Shown here one piece after another: positions 63,001-64,000 of a stretch of DNA of 64,000 nucleotides (position 1 is the first letter of the stretch; the number at the start of each line of letters is the position of its first letter). The notes below the pieces were generated by a model that ran no database searches, was not told where the DNA came from, and saw only the letters and a list, made by a program, of their open reading frames with translations. A program made the translations under genes and the position numbers. Origin of the DNA: Pseudomonadota bacterium (lineage in GTDB: Bacteria; Pseudomonadota; Gammaproteobacteria; Arenicellales; Poriferihabitantaceae); NCBI GenBank assembly GCA_039029455.1, contig JBCCGE010000004.1, positions 1,170 to 65,169 on the forward strand. The letters run 5' to 3'.

Positions 63001-64000
63001 ATGTTCCTAGGTTTAAGCGGCGTTGAAATATCCCTGATCATCTGTTTTGTATTCCTGTTCGCGGGCATACTTTCAGGATATCCGGTGGCATTTGCAATCT
63101 CCGGTTCCGCAGTGCTGAGTTTTGCAACGATCGCTATGCTGAACGAAGCCGGTTTGTTGTACACACTGGAGCAAAATGGCGATGTCGTAGAACAGGTTCC
63201 GGTTTTCGCCGACGGATGGCGAAAAGCGATTTTGTCGACGTTGTCGACGTGGTCTCAAGGGGTGTTTTCACGCGCATTCGGCGGAAACGTCGAGACGTTA
63301 CTTGCGGTCCCGCTGTTTGTGCTCATGGGGATTGCGCTTGAGCGATCCAAAATCGCGGAAGAACTGCTGACCACGATGGCTCAGCTTTTCGGCGCTTTAC
63401 CCGGCGGGCTTGCGATCTCGGTGGTTCTGGTCGGTACGCTGCTGGCCGCTTCGACCGGCATCGTTGGAGCGACAGTCGTGACCATGGGACTCATATCGCT
63501 GCCGACTATGCTGCGATACGGCTACTCCAAAGAGTTATCAACCGGAGTTATCGCGACGTCCGGCACTCTCGGGCAGATTATTCCTCCCTCGATCGTCATC
63601 GTTCTTCTCGGTTCGATTGTGGGCGATATGTATTCCATAGGACAGGAAACCCGCGCGAAAGAACTTGGAGTCAGTGTTCTTGAAATGCTTGGAGAGCCCG
63701 CCGTGCTATCCACTGGCACATTATTTAAAGCGGCATTTATTCCAGGGCTGTTTCTCGCGTTTCTCTACGCAGCGTATGCCTTTGGCTACGCCTTGCTTCA
63801 GCCTAACAAGGCGCCGCCAGTGCCCCAGCTGTCTGATAGCAAATACAATCTCAAACAGTACTACAACAATAACGTCTACCTGATGGTAGGTGCGGTTCTG
63901 GGTCCCGTTCTGGTGTTGTTCATGCTGTGGATTTTACTGACTATGACAGGCGTTGTCGGCAGCAAACCACTGGATGCAGCAAGTGAAGATGGTTCGGGAG
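63001..64000 (+). CDS. TRAP transporter large permease (DctM-like), 5' part, continues past the window
   Basis: My own translation from ATG 63001 stays open to the window end: MFLGLSGVEISLIICFVFLFAGILSGYPVAFAISGSAV...PLFVLMGIALERSKIAEELL...ATSGTLGQIIPPS, typical of DctM. It is absent from the ORF track because no stop lies in the window. Confidence 0.88.
   Translation, partial: MFLGLSGVEISLIICFVFLFAGILSGYPVAFAISGSAVLSFATIAMLNEAGLLYTLEQNGDVVEQVPVFADGWRKAILSTLSTWSQGVFSRAFGGNVETLLAVPLFVLMGIALERSKIAEELLTTMAQLFGALPGGLAISVVLVGTLLAASTGIVGATVVTMGLISLPTMLRYGYSKELSTGVIATSGTLGQIIPPSIVIVLLGSIVGDMYSIGQETRAKELGVSVLEMLGEPAVLSTGTLFKAAFIPGLFLAFLYAAYAFGYALLQPNKAPPVPQLSDSKYNLKQYYNNNVYLMVGAVLGPVLVLFMLWILLTMTGVVGSKPLDAASEDGSG

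Overview
By eye, this window is compact core chromosome of a Gram-negative, probably marine gammaproteobacterium. That assignment is an inference from Pseudomonas-like gene neighbourhoods: surE-pcm-nlpD, leuCD/fimV/trpBA and methyltransferase-rnhA-dnaQ. About 60 intact genes are packed with very short spacers, and many stop and start codons overlap.

The content is mostly housekeeping:
- Amino-acid biosynthesis: trpD, trpBA, aroC, leuCD, metZ, dapA, dapE, argB, argD.
- Methyl cycle: metK-ahcY.
- Nucleotide metabolism: purL, dut, a deoxynucleoside kinase.
- Replication and translation: rnhA, dnaQ, glnS, typA.
- Respiration and redox: ETF-QO, fpr.
- Transport: a basic-amino-acid ABC transporter and a TRAP transporter.
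- A FimV/HubP-like polar landmark protein.

I found no rRNA, tRNA, CRISPR array, integrase, transposase, reverse transcriptase or recognisable defence or toxin gene, and I cannot point to a convincing new multi-gene system. These items are worth a second look:
- A perfect 22-bp palindrome over the predicted metK-ahcY promoter.
- An uncharacterised membrane plus helical protein pair downstream of gloB.
- An orphan secreted protein with a Tat-like signal.
- An inverted-repeat-bounded 157-nt element in the largest non-coding gap.
- Several synteny breaks and unusual translational couplings: nlpD without rpoS, dapA fused to purL without bamC, and an acyl-CoA ligase coupled to dut.

All functional calls rest on motif recognition by eye plus gene context. 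No database search was run.
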